From Eledone cirrhosa (Eukaryota): a DNA stretch of 64,000 nt. The stretch covers positions 224,378,001 through 224,442,000 of the forward strand of contig OZ024742.1 in NCBI GenBank assembly GCA_964016885.1, written 5' to 3'. Shown in pieces: positions 11,088-24,700 of this stretch. The notes beneath the pieces were generated by a model. The model did not search any database. It had not been told where the DNA came from and worked only from the letters and a program-made list of their open reading frames with translations. Numbering within the stretch: the first letter of the stretch is position 1; every line of letters begins with the position of its first letter. A program made the position numbers and the translations under genes.

Positions 11088-11494
11088 CCATATACACATA
11101 TGCACCAAATTTATATGAAATGCCGTAAGTAATTTTATTTTAAAATATTATTCTTGTAACGATTTGATGTCTCTAAAGTAGAAAAATTTCGATGAATTGA
11201 CCACAGAATTGACAATAAGTACATTTTGTTAAAAGAATCATTTTAGTGTATCTAAAAGATGAAACCGATCGGTACCACTGTTCTGAAAGATGAGCTGAGG
11301 GGGGAAGGGGTTGCATCTCACTCATGTACGTTACTACACATTATAGAGGGAAATGAGTACGTTTTATTGTAGCACTAGTTTTAGAGAGGTCATCTTGCCC
11401 TTGGAACAAAAGAAGAGTCCTCTTCTCTCAACTATATGTATATATATATATACACTAATAAAGTTACGATATACATACGTACATACATAAGCAT

Positions 11495-11565
<71 letters not shown>

Positions 11566-11662
11566 AGTGGATCGAAATAAAATTTATTTCAATCATATAC
11601 CATCAATAAACACAGATATGCTTTATACAGTCTAAAATCTATATTTTATGGAGCATTATTTA

Positions 11663-12287
11663 TCCCGCCGAGGTTAACTTTGCCTTTCATCCTTACGGGG
11701 TCGATAAAATAAAGTACCAGTAATGCACTGGATAATTGCTGGCCTTGTGCCAAAAGTAGAAACAATTATTTATTGACTTTGCCTTTCATCCTTACGGGGT
11801 CGATAAAATAAAGTACCAGTAATGCACTGGTTAATTGCTGGACTTGTGCCTAAAGTAGAAACAATTATTTATTCAAAAATTTATTTAGGTACTATACTAA
11901 AGTAGTATAATTGTTTCTACTTTAGGCACAAGGCCAGCAATTGTGCATTACTGGTACTTTATTTTATCGACCCTGTAAGGATGAAAGGCAAAGTTAACCT
12001 CGGCGGGATTTGAACTCAGATCATAAAGGGCCTTTGCTGCAAAGCATGGCGTCCGACCCTCTACCGATACTGCCAATCCACCGTCCATACTAAAGTAGTA
12101 TAATTGTTTCTACTTTTGGCACAAGGCCAGCAATTATCCCAGTGTATTACTGGTACTTTATTTTATCGACCCCGGAAGGTTGAAAGGCAAAGTTAACCTC
12201 GACGGAATTTGAACTCTGACCGTAAAGGGACGTAACTATGCTAGAAAGCCTGGCGCCCGACCCTCTACCGATACTGCCAATCCACCA
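11663..12287. mobile_element. Cluster of four tRNA-derived SINE copies (family S1; two partial plus, two minus)
   Basis: Shared core GCCTTTCATCCTTACGGGGTCGATAAAATAAAGTACCAG, tRNA-like head (TGGCAGTATCGG..GAGTTCAAATCC) and tail GGCCTTGTGCCAAAAGTAGAAACAATT. More than 25 copies in the window, e.g. about 428, 9149, 24370, 36255, 40389, 50410 and 52350. Confidence 0.85.
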
Positions 12288-13119
12288 AGTATTATAATAT
12301 CAATAACATAGCATGGCAAATCATATATTTAAGGAAAAAATATTATTTTATCTGCAAAAATGTCCAGACTAGACTGTATACACATACACACATACACACA
12401 CACACATACGCATACACACACTCACACACACACATATACACACACACACACACGCGCAAACACACACACACCCACAAGCACCCACACACCCACACACACA
12501 CGCACACACACGCATACACACACGCATACACACACACACACGCATGCACACACATACACATATACACACACACATACACACACACGCATACACAGACACA
12601 CATACACACACATACACATATACACACACACACAACACACACAAACACCGACACACCCACACAAACACCCACACACCCACACACACACGCATACACACAC
12701 ATACACATATACACACACACACACGCATACACACACACAAACACACACACACACCCACGCATACACACACACACACGCATACACACACTCATACACACAC
12801 ACACACACGCATACACAAACACACATACACACATACACACAGACACAGATATATATATGTATATAAATATATATATATTTACATAAGCAGACCGTAAACA
12901 GAAATAATAAGACAAACGGCAGAGAACAATGAAGAAATCTATATTAGTTTAACGCTTGATATACTAGAAAAAGTGTCTTAACCGTTTCACACACTAGTCC
13001 GTCATCAGAAAGTGAGAATGAGAAATAAAAGATGAAATAGAAAGACAGAGAGTGAGAAAAGGAAGGTATAAAAAAAAGCCCCCAAAAGAAACACGTGTAT
13101 ATTCACTCAGAGAAACCAC

Positions 13120-13219
<100 letters not shown>

Positions 13220-13238
13220 TACCCCCACCTCCACGCTA

Positions 13239-13308
<70 letters not shown>

Positions 13309-13337
13309 GTATATTAAATACCCCCACCTCCACGCTA

Positions 13338-13395
<58 letters not shown>

Positions 13396-13547
13396 GTGCG
13401 AGAAATATATATATACATGAACGTGTGTGTGCAAGCGGGTACGATGGTGATGTTAATAAACAACATTGACAAAGCGAAAATGGTGGCCCAAAAACACTAA
13501 AAACGTCAACGTTGATGGTGTGTGTGAGTGTGTGTGAGTGTGTGAGT

Positions 13548-13662
<115 letters not shown>

Positions 13663-14080
13663 TGCACGCGTATGCATGTGTCTCTCGCTCTGTTTCTCTG
13701 TATATATATATGTGTGGGGTGTGGAGGAGTTTATTATATATTTTAGGTTGTCTGAAATGAAAAAAATTACATGAACGACAATGGCGAATTATTAAATAAA
13801 TACATAAATAAACAGATGAATAAGCGGATATATACATAAATATAAATATATACATAAATATATCTATAAATATAAAGTATATGAAAGATTTCCATATGAG
13901 AATCGATAGATAAAAGAGTAGAAAGAGGTGGGGAAAATAGAGTGCTGGGATGTTAAAAGTGATTATACCGGAACAGTGAAGTGTGAGAAATAAAGCTCGC
14001 TTATGTAAATAATAATAATGATAATAATGATGATGATGATGATGATAATAATAATAATAACGATGATGATGATGATGATG

Positions 14081-14145
<65 letters not shown>

Positions 14146-14610
14146 CATAATAATAATAAAGAAATAAAAGTCATAGTATTGTAAGTTAAGTGTTGAAGTA
14201 AAGCGCGTGCCTTCACTTCCTGTTGACGTCGCGTCGTTCAGTCAATAAATCGGCCGATAGGTGCCGCTTTGGTTTATATGGCTTTCCAAGAAAAAAAAAA
14301 TTATATATATATATATATATAATTTAAAAATAAAATAATAAAAAAACAAAGTATAAATATAACTGAAATAAAATAGTCCAGTCCTGACTGCATTCGATTC
14401 ACTCATTGACTTAGTTCTAGCTGTAGTTGTTATTGTAGTTGTAGTTATAGTTGTTGTTGTTGTAGCTATTGTTATTGTAGTAGTTGTATTGTTTTTTGTT
14501 GCTGTGACTGTTGTAGTTATTGTATTGTTTGTTGCAGTTGTTCTTATAGCTGTTGTTGTGACTGATGTAATTATTGTTCTAGTTGTTGTATCTGTTGTTG
14601 TTATAGGTGC

Positions 14611-14645
<35 letters not shown>

Positions 14646-14694
14646 CAGTAGTTATAGTTGTAATAGTAGTAGTAGTAGCAGCAGCAGCAGTGGC

Positions 14695-14754
<60 letters not shown>

Positions 14755-16425
14755 TTTTGTTGTTGTATCTGTTGTTGTATCTGTTGTTGTTATAGTAGTA
14801 GTAGTAGTAGCAGTAATAGTGGCTGTTGTTGTTGTTGTTGTTATTGCTGTTGTGGCTGTTGCTGTTGATTAATCGTGATTGAAAGGGGGAGGTGTTCGGT
14901 AAGAAGCGGCCGCCCTTCAACAATAATCAATCAGTTTGACAATGTTGCTACTGTTGCTGGTCATTGTTGGTGATAAAGTAATATTTATCCAAATCTCAAT
15001 TACCAATCAGCATAACAAAAGGAAACAACAATAAGGTTGCCGCCGCCGCCGCCACCTCTACCACCACCACCACCACCACCACCACCACCACCACCACCAC
15101 CACCACCACCACCACCAACACCGTCATCATCATGAAGAACAAAAACAACTGTAATAAAAACAAAAGCAGAAAGGTGGCTCAGCTACTAACTTCCTTCCAA
15201 TAAAACAACAGCACCGGTTACTAAAACATTGCTATGACTGAGTACTAAAACAATAAGTTGAATATTCATATTTATAATAATAATCTGAGAGCGCCCCCAC
15301 AGGAAGTGATGTGGAGGGACGTATTGCAGCAGTAAAGAGCTATAACCACCACCACAATCACTGCAAACGTTCCACACCTATTATTGCGCGTTCAATGTAA
15401 TAGAAGTGTGCCGCTTTATTAACAACAACAGTAAGAAGAACAACAACAACACTTACACTCACTCAGAAATGTCAATAGTTACATGGCTAGTTTACAATAG
15501 ATCCTCACCTCTGCTGTGAAGATGTTGGTTCTTTCAATTAGTGGATGAATGGGCTAAGCTTTAAGTGATTTAGTGTAGAAGTGCTGCTACTAAGATCAGT
15601 TATTTGATTAACCAATCAATATACATTCGTTGTTTAGTTACTGGAAGTGAAGTGTGGTGATTAAGGATTGAACTTTGTCAGTGAGAAACGAAGGATTTAC
15701 TATGATTATTACTGTTGCTTTTGTTACTGTTGTTATTATTGCTGGTGTTGTTACAATTGCAATTATTATTATTGTTGTTATTGTGATTCTTATTGTTAGA
15801 CATAGTTCAAAACCCCACTGAGGATAACTTTGCATTCCATCCTTCCGGGATCGATACAATAAAGCACCAGTCAAGTACTGGGGTCGGAGGTATTTGAATT
15901 CAAAGTATAGAGTACCGGAAGTATTAACGCAAAACATGTTATCCTACGTTCTGACGATCCTGCTAATTCAGTAGGCATTTGAAAAACCTCTACCCCAGTT
16001 GCTCTTTACAAATTCATCTATGAACTCTTAGATCCTGATGGAGTCGTTGACGGCCCCATCTTTGACATTTAAACGTGGCGGAGTCCATCTCTCTCCAAGT
16101 GTCCGAACGTAGTCGATTTCTTTCATTGATAGATAGATAAATAGTTGATTGATAGACAGATATATAGATAGGTAGATAGATGGATAGATAGATAAATAGT
16201 GGGAGAGAGAGGGGGAGGGAGGGGGAATGAGACCCAGTACTGAACTGGGGCTTTATTTTATTGATCTCGAATGGATGAAAGGCAAATTTAACCTCGATTT
16301 GATATGCACTTAGAATGCAAAGAACCGGAAGAATTACTGCAAAGCATTTTATCTGACACTCTAACGACTGCTAATTCAGTATATTTCTTTTGAATTTTTT
16401 TTCTACCACAGTTTCTCTTCATAAA

Positions 16426-16740
16426 ACTCCGTGCTGGGCCTCCGACGGTCCGACGACGAGTGCTGCAGTTGTTCGAACAGCGAAACCGTTTGCACGTAAA
16501 TTTAACATGTACATAGCTGAGTATTCAACAGGCACGTGTATCCTTAATGCAGTTCTCAGAGAGATTCCATATGGCACAGTACGTAACAAGACTGGCCTTT
16601 TGAATTACAGGTATAACTTAATTTTTGCCAGCTGAGAGAACTCGACAAACGCGAGTAAAGAGTCATGCTCAAGGACATAATGCACCGCTGAAATGTGCAA
16701 ACCAAACACTCTAACCTCTAAACCTCACACCTTTACACTT
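16426..16740 (-). mobile_element. tRNA-derived SINE family S2 (diverged)
   Basis: Shares TTGAATTACAGGTA and GAGATTC..GACA motifs with copies at about 27200-27680, 40940-41220, 49760-50062 and 62660-62900; tRNA-like head visible at about 23715-23802 and 49990-50062. Confidence 0.65.
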
Positions 16741-17276
16741 ATATATAAGTATCTAAAGAAATATTATTTTGTCAAGCTATTCAAAATTATTATCGAAATG
16801 AAATACCATCCAAAGAAATAGATATATAGTATAATTCACTCCTTTCAAAAACCGAACTGAAAACGTTACAATTATGTAAGAAGTACACTGACCATTAAAC
16901 CATGAAACTTCACAATGAAACAAAGCTTTAATGCTCAATACACACACTAGCATGTAAGTGTGTCTGGTTGTTTGTTACGTGTATCTGGGTTGTACCTGTC
17001 TACCTAGTAACTAGTTACTTATTTTCGTTGCTTTTAATAATAAGAAATCATTTGTTTGTTTTTTCATCTGACCCGCACCACAGAGGAGAGTACTAAAACA
17101 TCTGAGATGGCAGAGTGGTACGGGGACTACGGAGGGTGGGTCTACTGGGGGGGGGGGTACGATGGATTTGGGAACTATGGGAGAACTTAAGGCTACGGGG
17201 GATATGGCAGCTAAGTGGTCTGCAGAAGCTATGGAGGCCTTAGCCGATCACCAAATATTCTAATAATAATAATAAT

Positions 17277-17807
17277 AATTGTTTCTACTTTTGGCACAAG
17301 GCCAGCAATTAACCAGTACATTACTGGTACTGTATTTTATCGACCGCGTAAGGATGAAAGGCAAAGTTAACCTCGACGGGATTTGAACTCACCGTAATGG
17401 GACGTAACTATGCTAGAAAGCATGGCGCCCAACCCTCTACCGATACTGCCAATTCACCGCCCATTATAATAATTGTTTCTTCAAATCCCGCCGAGGTTCA
17501 CTTTGTCTTTCATCCTTACGGGGTCGATAAAATAAAGTACCAGTAATGCACTGGTAATTGCTGGCCTTGTGCCAAAAGTAGAAGCAATTATAATAATTGT
17601 TTCTTATATAGGCACAAGGCCAGCAATTTTGGGGAAGGAGAAAGTCGATTAAATCGACCCCAGTGCGTGACTGGTATTTTATTTTATCGACCCAGTAAGA
17701 ATGAAAGGCAAAGTTAACCTCGGCGGGATTTGAAAGCATTCCGTAAAGGGACGTAACTCTATGCCATAAAGTATGTTGTCCGACCCTCTACCGATACTGC
17801 CAATCCT
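17277..17807. mobile_element. Cluster of three S1 SINE copies
   Basis: S1 core and tail in minus, plus, minus orientation. Confidence 0.8.
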
Positions 17808-17878
17808 GTACAAATAACAATAGTGTAAACATATTTCTGTATGTCAACACGTCTAATGTATATAGATAAATGCATTTA

Positions 17879-18737
17879 CGAGGTGTGTCAGAAAAGTTCC
17901 AGGACTGATGTCACAAAAGATTTATTTCAAACCCAAACTTCACACGAAGAATTTTCTCCTTCAAAGTAATCCCCCTGGAGTATGTAACTGTAATCTTAGC
18001 TCTCTGCAGCGATCAAACTTTTTTCTTCATAATTTTATATACATTTCCTCTGATTCGTCAAGCAATGAGCACAGAGCAACGAACAAACTTGAAAACTCCG
18101 TCAGAAGCACTGGGATTGCTGCAGCAAGTGTATGGAGATGAGACGATGGTTACGCTCACGTGTTTTTGAGTTGTGCAAGAGGTTTAAAAAAGGACCCGAG
18201 GACGTGGAAGATGACCCCAGGAGCGGAAGGCCCTCAACAACCAGGACTGATGTCAACGTTGAGCACGTCAGGCAGATGATGCGTAGCGATCATCGGCTGA
18301 CGGTTCGACTGATGGCAAATAAGCTGGGCATGAATTTGGACATGCGGAAAGTCTGCGCGAAGATGGTGCCAAAACTGCTGAACGATGACCAGAAGGGTCG
18401 ACGCATGCAAGTGTGCTAGGACATGCTCGAGCGTCTTGAAACCGAACCAGACTTGCTAGGGACAGTCATCACCGGTGATGAGTCATGGATCTTCGAGTAC
18501 GACCCGGAGGGGACCCGTTTTGAAGACGTGGACGACATCAAAAAGGCTGTGACGACGGAACTGCGGAGGATCCCGGAAGAATCCTTCCAGGAGTGCATGC
18601 AAGCGTGGCAGAAAAGGATGGAAAAGTGCATTAGACTCCAGGGAGATTACCTTGAAGGAGAAAACTCTTAGTGTGAAGTTTGGGTTTGAAATAAATCTTT
18701 TGTGACATCAGTCCTCGAACTTTTCTGACACACCTCG
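17879..18737 (+). mobile_element. Internally deleted mariner (Tc1/mariner) DNA transposon
   Basis: TIRs of about 67 bp (CGAGGTGTGTCAGAAAAGTTC...) with TA on both sides. Transposase remnants EDDPRSGRPST, KMVPKLL and ITGDESWIFEYDPE are fused directly to C-terminal GTRFEDVDDIK; in-frame stop at 18417-18419. Confidence 0.93.
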
Positions 18738-18774
18738 TATATATATAAGTATGTATTTATGTATGTATATATAT

Positions 18775-18842
<68 letters not shown>

Positions 18843-18908
18843 AGGGATAACTTGAACTGTTAAGGTATATTACCCTTGGTTATGTCAAAATTTATTAAAC
18901 ACACTTCG

Positions 18909-18970
18909 TATTTTATCTGATGATAGCGTACCAAAATTTTTGGTGCCCTTAAAATATATATAATAGAATA
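18909..18970 (+). ncRNA. Degenerate type I hammerhead (G12 to A) in a TA-embedded element (family E)
   Basis: Stem I TATTTTAT/ATAGAATA, CTGATGA, stem II GTACCAAAA/TTTTGGTGC, AAAA, TATATA, TA. The sister copy at 43279-43327 keeps GAAA. Confidence 0.6.
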
Positions 18971-19009
18971 AATATGGTTTTAGAAATATAGTTTCTATTT
19001 ATTTAATAT

Positions 19010-19052
<43 letters not shown>

Positions 19053-19329
19053 TATATCTAGCCTGATTGTTTTTTCGTTGCTTTGGTATTAAGTGGCTAG
19101 GCTCGCCTGCCGCAGTTTTCAATTTGTCATGTTATCTAACGTATGTTATTACTCTAAGGTGTCACAGCCTAATCGAGTGCTTTGCTGCATATTCCTAATT
19201 GCATATCGTTAGCTTGGCCACGGCCAAAACTTCGATTTTACTAAACTTCCATTTGTATATATTAGAAAGTGAGGTTTTTTTTACAAAATGAAAAATAACC
19301 GAGGTGTCCTACACGAGTGAAAGTATAAA

Positions 19330-19618
19330 AAAAAAAAGTTGAAATCAAAAATACAACTAGAGTCTTATTTAAAAATATATATATATATTTATTTGGTTCC
19401 TTTACCGGTTTCGCAGTTCTTCTGCTTTTCAAAAGTAGAGTTGAGATGGAGGGTCTGTGGTTTTTCTCACATTGTTGATGTGAGAAAAACCACAGACCCT
19501 CCATCTCGACTCTACTTTTGAAAAGCAGAAGAACTGCGAAACCGGTAAAGGAACCAAATAAATATATATATTTAAAAAAAAATAAGACTCCAGTTGCATT
19601 TTCGATTTCATCTTTTTT

Positions 19619-19620
<2 letters not shown>
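19330..19620. repeat. Palindrome with arms of about 140 bp (family D), each arm containing a U3-A8 hammerhead-like core
   Basis: Centre about 19473-19477. Plus arm reads TTGAAAA-GCAG AAGAA CTGC-GAAA-CCGG-TA (19518-19547). Confidence 0.75.
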
Positions 19621-19668
<48 letters not shown>

Positions 19669-19734
19669 TGTTTCAATGCTTTTTGTACATTGGTACATTG
19701 GTATTTAAAGTAAACACGCACACATATAGGCAAA

Positions 19735-19798
<64 letters not shown>

Positions 19799-19947
19799 TC
19801 TATATCTATATCTATCTATATATATATAAATAACGAAGGAAGTGTGGTAAGGAACCAGATGGACCATAACGCACCAGAGTTAGGGTAGTATATTGGGGAA
19901 TAGGAAAATGTTTAACCTCGACGGCAGAGCTCAAGTCGTTTCGACGG

Positions 19948-19995
<48 letters not shown>

Positions 19996-20089
19996 TTACA
20001 AAACCTACACTTTGCTTTCTTAAGTACCAGGTAATACTGAGTAATAGTCTTACGAGTCTAAACTGGGATCACACACACACACAAACACA

Positions 20090-20149
<60 letters not shown>

Positions 20150-20718
20150 CGACTACGACTAACTACTTCAGTTTCAGTCTACCAATGCATTTATTAACCT
20201 ACAGTAGAGTACACTCCCCCCCCCCCCACACACACACATGTATATTGTATGTGTATGTAGTCACGCGTGCTACTTTTTTATTAACTCCGTAACATCCACC
20301 CTCCCTACATGAAAACAGCTCTGCAGGCCCTGCACACGACAGTTGACTCAAACACACATCTGTTGCCATAACAGAGACGATACAACATACAACTGGAACA
20401 ACGACGTTCTCTCGTGTTAATGTCTCCAAATGTGTAAGTGACTCGTGTCTCGGCATATCAGAATACACGCCCAGAACAGACACCATCAACCAACCCCTTT
20501 GTTTAGGGTTGTTGGAGATTTCTCTAAATAAATCTTTATCTATTACAATTAATGATACATATACGTACAAATAGTCAGCCCCTGCACACACTCACATATA
20601 GTACGTATGTATGTATGAATGGATGGATGTCGGCTTGTAGGCATGTATGCACTCACACACACACACACGCACACACATACACACACACTCACACACACAC
20701 ACATATATATATATATAT

Positions 20719-20995
<277 letters not shown>

Positions 20996-21230
20996 ATATA
21001 TATATATATATAGGAAAAGAGTCAGGACCCAGACGACTGAGCTGCGGCCGTTTCGTCAGCTATACCTTAACTAACCTCGTCGGGTTCCTCACTCTTTTCC
21101 TATTACCCACTCTACTGCCCTAAGTATCGAGTACTCTGGTGCGTTATAGTCCATCTGGTTCCTTACCACACTTCCTTCGTTATATATATTATATATATAT
21201 ATATACACAGGCTTCTATGCATGGTTGTCT

Positions 21231-21273
<43 letters not shown>

Positions 21274-21290
21274 TATATGTGTGTGTGTGC

Positions 21291-21326
<36 letters not shown>

Positions 21327-21676
21327 TGAAGTGGGTACTGTAATTACTAGTGTACAAAAAGATATTCAAAGAGTAACTGAATGAGCACTTAATACATGTA
21401 AGCAGAAAAAAAAAATGTGGCATATATATCTTTATAATAAAAGGTGTGATAACATGACAACCACTTTATGTTAAATTTGTTTTTGAAGTGGTAAATTGAG
21501 TTTGTATGTGCTTTCATATCTTCTTCCCTACCTCTCTAACTCAGTGTTGATAAGATGTGTCCAGCTTCTAGGTTGTCATTAATTTAACAATGGCTATCAA
21601 TAGTTATCTACCTATGTATCTAGATACCTTCGGACTATAAAAACAATATCTATCTAACTATCTATCTATCTATCTA

Positions 21677-22794
21677 TTAAGGCTACGGCACCTTCAGGTA
21701 TTCCTCTCCGGTCAACCGGTGTGGGCCCCGTTTGTGAGGCGAGCCTTTCCCAGACTCGTCTCACTCACCGAGCTGCAATCCTGGGTCAAGCAAAGACCGA
21801 GAAAACTGGGCGCCTGGCGCACCGAGTGTGCCCAGGCACTCACGGCTCTCTGGCAGGCGGACCCGGCTGTCAGTGGAGAATCCACCTCGTCATTCTATAG
21901 AGGGCTGGTGGTTAGCAGGTGCGACGACGCCCTCGGAGAAGCCCTAGGCATGGAGGAAGACGAACTGGCCAACCTGTTCGGTAGGACATTCAGCCCGGGA
22001 CCCATGGATAACTTCCAGAGGTCCCTGGCCTGGCAATGCTACAGAAGGGCTCTGCCCGTTCGAGAAAGGCTCTACAGACACGGGCGCCCGGGTAGGGACC
22101 CATCGAAAAAGATCTGTCCCAGATGCGTGTGCGACGAGGAAACCGTTGCACACGCATTGGTACACTGCTCGGGCATTGCCGATCTGTGGGGTTATGTCGA
22201 ACAACTGCTGTCAAGGGTGGGACCAATCCGGTTGACCACCGAGTCTATTGTAACGATCAAGCCGCCTCCCCTCTTCAAAAACGAAGGAGAGGCGGTGTTT
22301 CTGTGCGTAATAGCCATGGCGAAAGAGGTTGTATGGTGGACGCGTCTGAAAGGACTGAGGTCAGACACCTTTCTCTCTGGCCAACAACTGGTCCGTTTCT
22401 TCCGATATCATTTCGGAAGAAGGATCAGGATGGAGAGAGAGGTGCTGCACCCCAGCCGTTTCTATGAAAGATGGGTGAAAGTGGCGAGAATGGCCCGTGT
22501 GAATGGGCCTTCACTCTACATCAGACTATAGGTGAGGAAGATGAAAGACCAAGGGAGCACCCCTTCTCTGTGCTCCTGAGGAGAAGGGTTGCACACTTTT
22601 TTCGGGGGTGTGTGCGACCCCCCAAGGCGCCTCCTCTCTATTGAGGATTTTGTTATAAATTTTATTTTTTGTTATATTTTATTTTATTTTTATATATTGT
22701 TATTGCCTCCTCCTTATTGAGGACGCCTTGTTTTGTAAACTCCCCCCATTGTACTTGTCCCACTTTTGATGCCCTGGTGGCAAATAAAAGAAAC
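21677..22794 (+). mobile_element. 5'-truncated L1/Tx1-clade LINE (ORF2 C-terminus and 3' UTR) in a (TATC)n tract
   Basis: Frame to 22531 is homologous to the C-terminus of ORF2 at 5231 (LVSLTELQSWVK, PGPMDNFQ, MAKEVVWWTRLKGL, RMARVNGP). Ends AATAAAAGAAAC, with (TCTA)n on both sides. Confidence 0.93.
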
Positions 22795-22795
22795 A

Positions 22796-22838
<43 letters not shown>

Positions 22839-23133
22839 TGGGCCTTCACTCTACATCAGACTATAGGTGAGGAAGATGAAAGATCAAGGGAGCACCCTCT
22901 CTCTGTGCTCCTGAGGAGAAGGGTTGCACATTTTTTCGGGGGTGTGTGCAACCCCCCAAGGCGCCTCCTCCCTATTGAGGATTTTGTTATTCAATTTATT
23001 TTTGTTATATTTTATATTTTATATTTTTATATTTTGTTATTGACTCCTCCTTATTGAGGACGCCTTTTTATGTAAACTCCCCCTATTGTACTTGTCCCAC
23101 TCTTTGATGCCCTGGTGGCAAATAAAAAGAAAG
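22839..23133 (+). mobile_element. Second, shorter 3'-end copy of the same LINE family
   Basis: Near-identical to 22504-22794 with several substitutions and indels; followed by (TATC)n. Confidence 0.9.
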
Positions 23134-23197
<64 letters not shown>

Positions 23198-24304
23198 TTA
23201 TCTATCTATTTACCTTTCTATCTATCTATCTATCTAAATAGATAGATAGATATTTACCAATGTATCTATATTCAGTCAAAAGCAACAACAAAGTGCGAAT
23301 GCCAACAGCAATTCGAAGCAGATAGATAGACAGATAGACAGACAGACAGACAGACAGATAGCTAGAGAGACATACTGACGGAGAGATAGATAGATAAATA
23401 GATAGATAGAATAGAATCCTCGTAATTTAGTGGATATATGTTTGATAATAATTAGATGAAAATTAGATAAAGAAATTTACTGTAATTGATTTAAATCAAT
23501 ATAAAATAAAATACGGCAATGGAGAGAATAAGAGAGAGAAGGTTAAAGATAATCAAGGATTCAAGCATCTTTACATAATTTGTTTGTCGATCGACAAGAT
23601 CCCAGACCTCATTCGCTTAACGAGTGGTGTGGAGCTCGTCAAATCAGACCGAAGAAACAATGTTTCCATTGATCTTTCCAATTGCTAATACTATCTGTTA
23701 GTCGCAACTGGAGGCAGAAGGAGAAACGTGAAATAATGTGTCGAAATCACAACCTCAAGATTGCGAATCCCATTTTCTAACCACTCAGTCACGCGCCTTC
23801 ACTTATACTAGTATATATATTTATTATACTATATATTATATATTATTAATACATGCATTAATTTCAACTCTTATTAGTGACTGCATTGTTTCTTTGCAGG
23901 GACTATGTTGAAATATAGACCTCATTTGGTCATTCTATGAGAGTATCATGGTCAGCCTCTTAACTTTTCAGAAATGTTTATACTTAGAGAAGAATGGATA
24001 CACAATAGTTTGTGTATATTATATTTACAACAAGTTATTTGAATAGTAATCGAAAGAAAGAAATGTTCATTCTTAGAGAGGAATGGATACCCAGTAGTGT
24101 GTATATATTGATTGAGCTTGCTTCACATACCTTTACGTACCAACTTTGAGTAAATCAGACTGGGAATTACTGATGTAGAGCTTATAGGCTATGCATATGC
24201 GTATAGGGTGTATATATCTCTTTTACCCTGTTCCAGCCATCCGACTGAAACCATGCTGTGCATAGGATGTATATATGTGCATAGGGTGTATATATATATA
24301 TATG

Positions 24305-24652
24305 CAGACTTGCCAACCTCTAAAAACCCAAACAGGGAGAAATGAGGCAAAACGGGGAGATTTTACATAATTTTTTCTACTTTTGGCACAAGGCCAGCAA
24401 ATACCCAGTGTATTACTGGTACTTTATTTTATCGACCTCGTAAGGATGAAAGGCAAAGTTAACCTCGGCGGGATTTGAACACAGAATGGCAAGGGCCGTA
24501 ACTCTATGCGTCAAAGCATGGCATCCGACCTTCTACCGATACTGCCAATCCACAATGACAGCTATACCCATTTTCACAAGAGAAGACATCTCTCACCTAC
24601 CCCAAAGTGGGTGGGAGACCTCCCCATCAGACGGGGTGAGTTGACAGTTCTG
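24305..24652. mobile_element. Non-autonomous TIR element (MITE) split by an S1 SINE (24370-24553)
   Basis: Ends CAGACTTGCCAAC...GTTGACAGTTCTG. An uninterrupted copy lies at about 40719-40913. Confidence 0.75.
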
Positions 24653-24700
24653 TATATGTGTATATGTGAATGATATTTAATGAATAAAGTCGTTTCTTAC

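Noticed and set aside
11261-11290. GAAACCGATCGGTA resembling an HHR 3' half
   Set aside because: No upstream core or stem I complement; it looks like unrelated repeat sequence.
23570-23710. Possible next Irx exon after the homeobox
   Set aside because: Phase-1 readings from the available AG acceptors stop quickly with no IRO box, and the pyrimidine tract belongs to a SINE.
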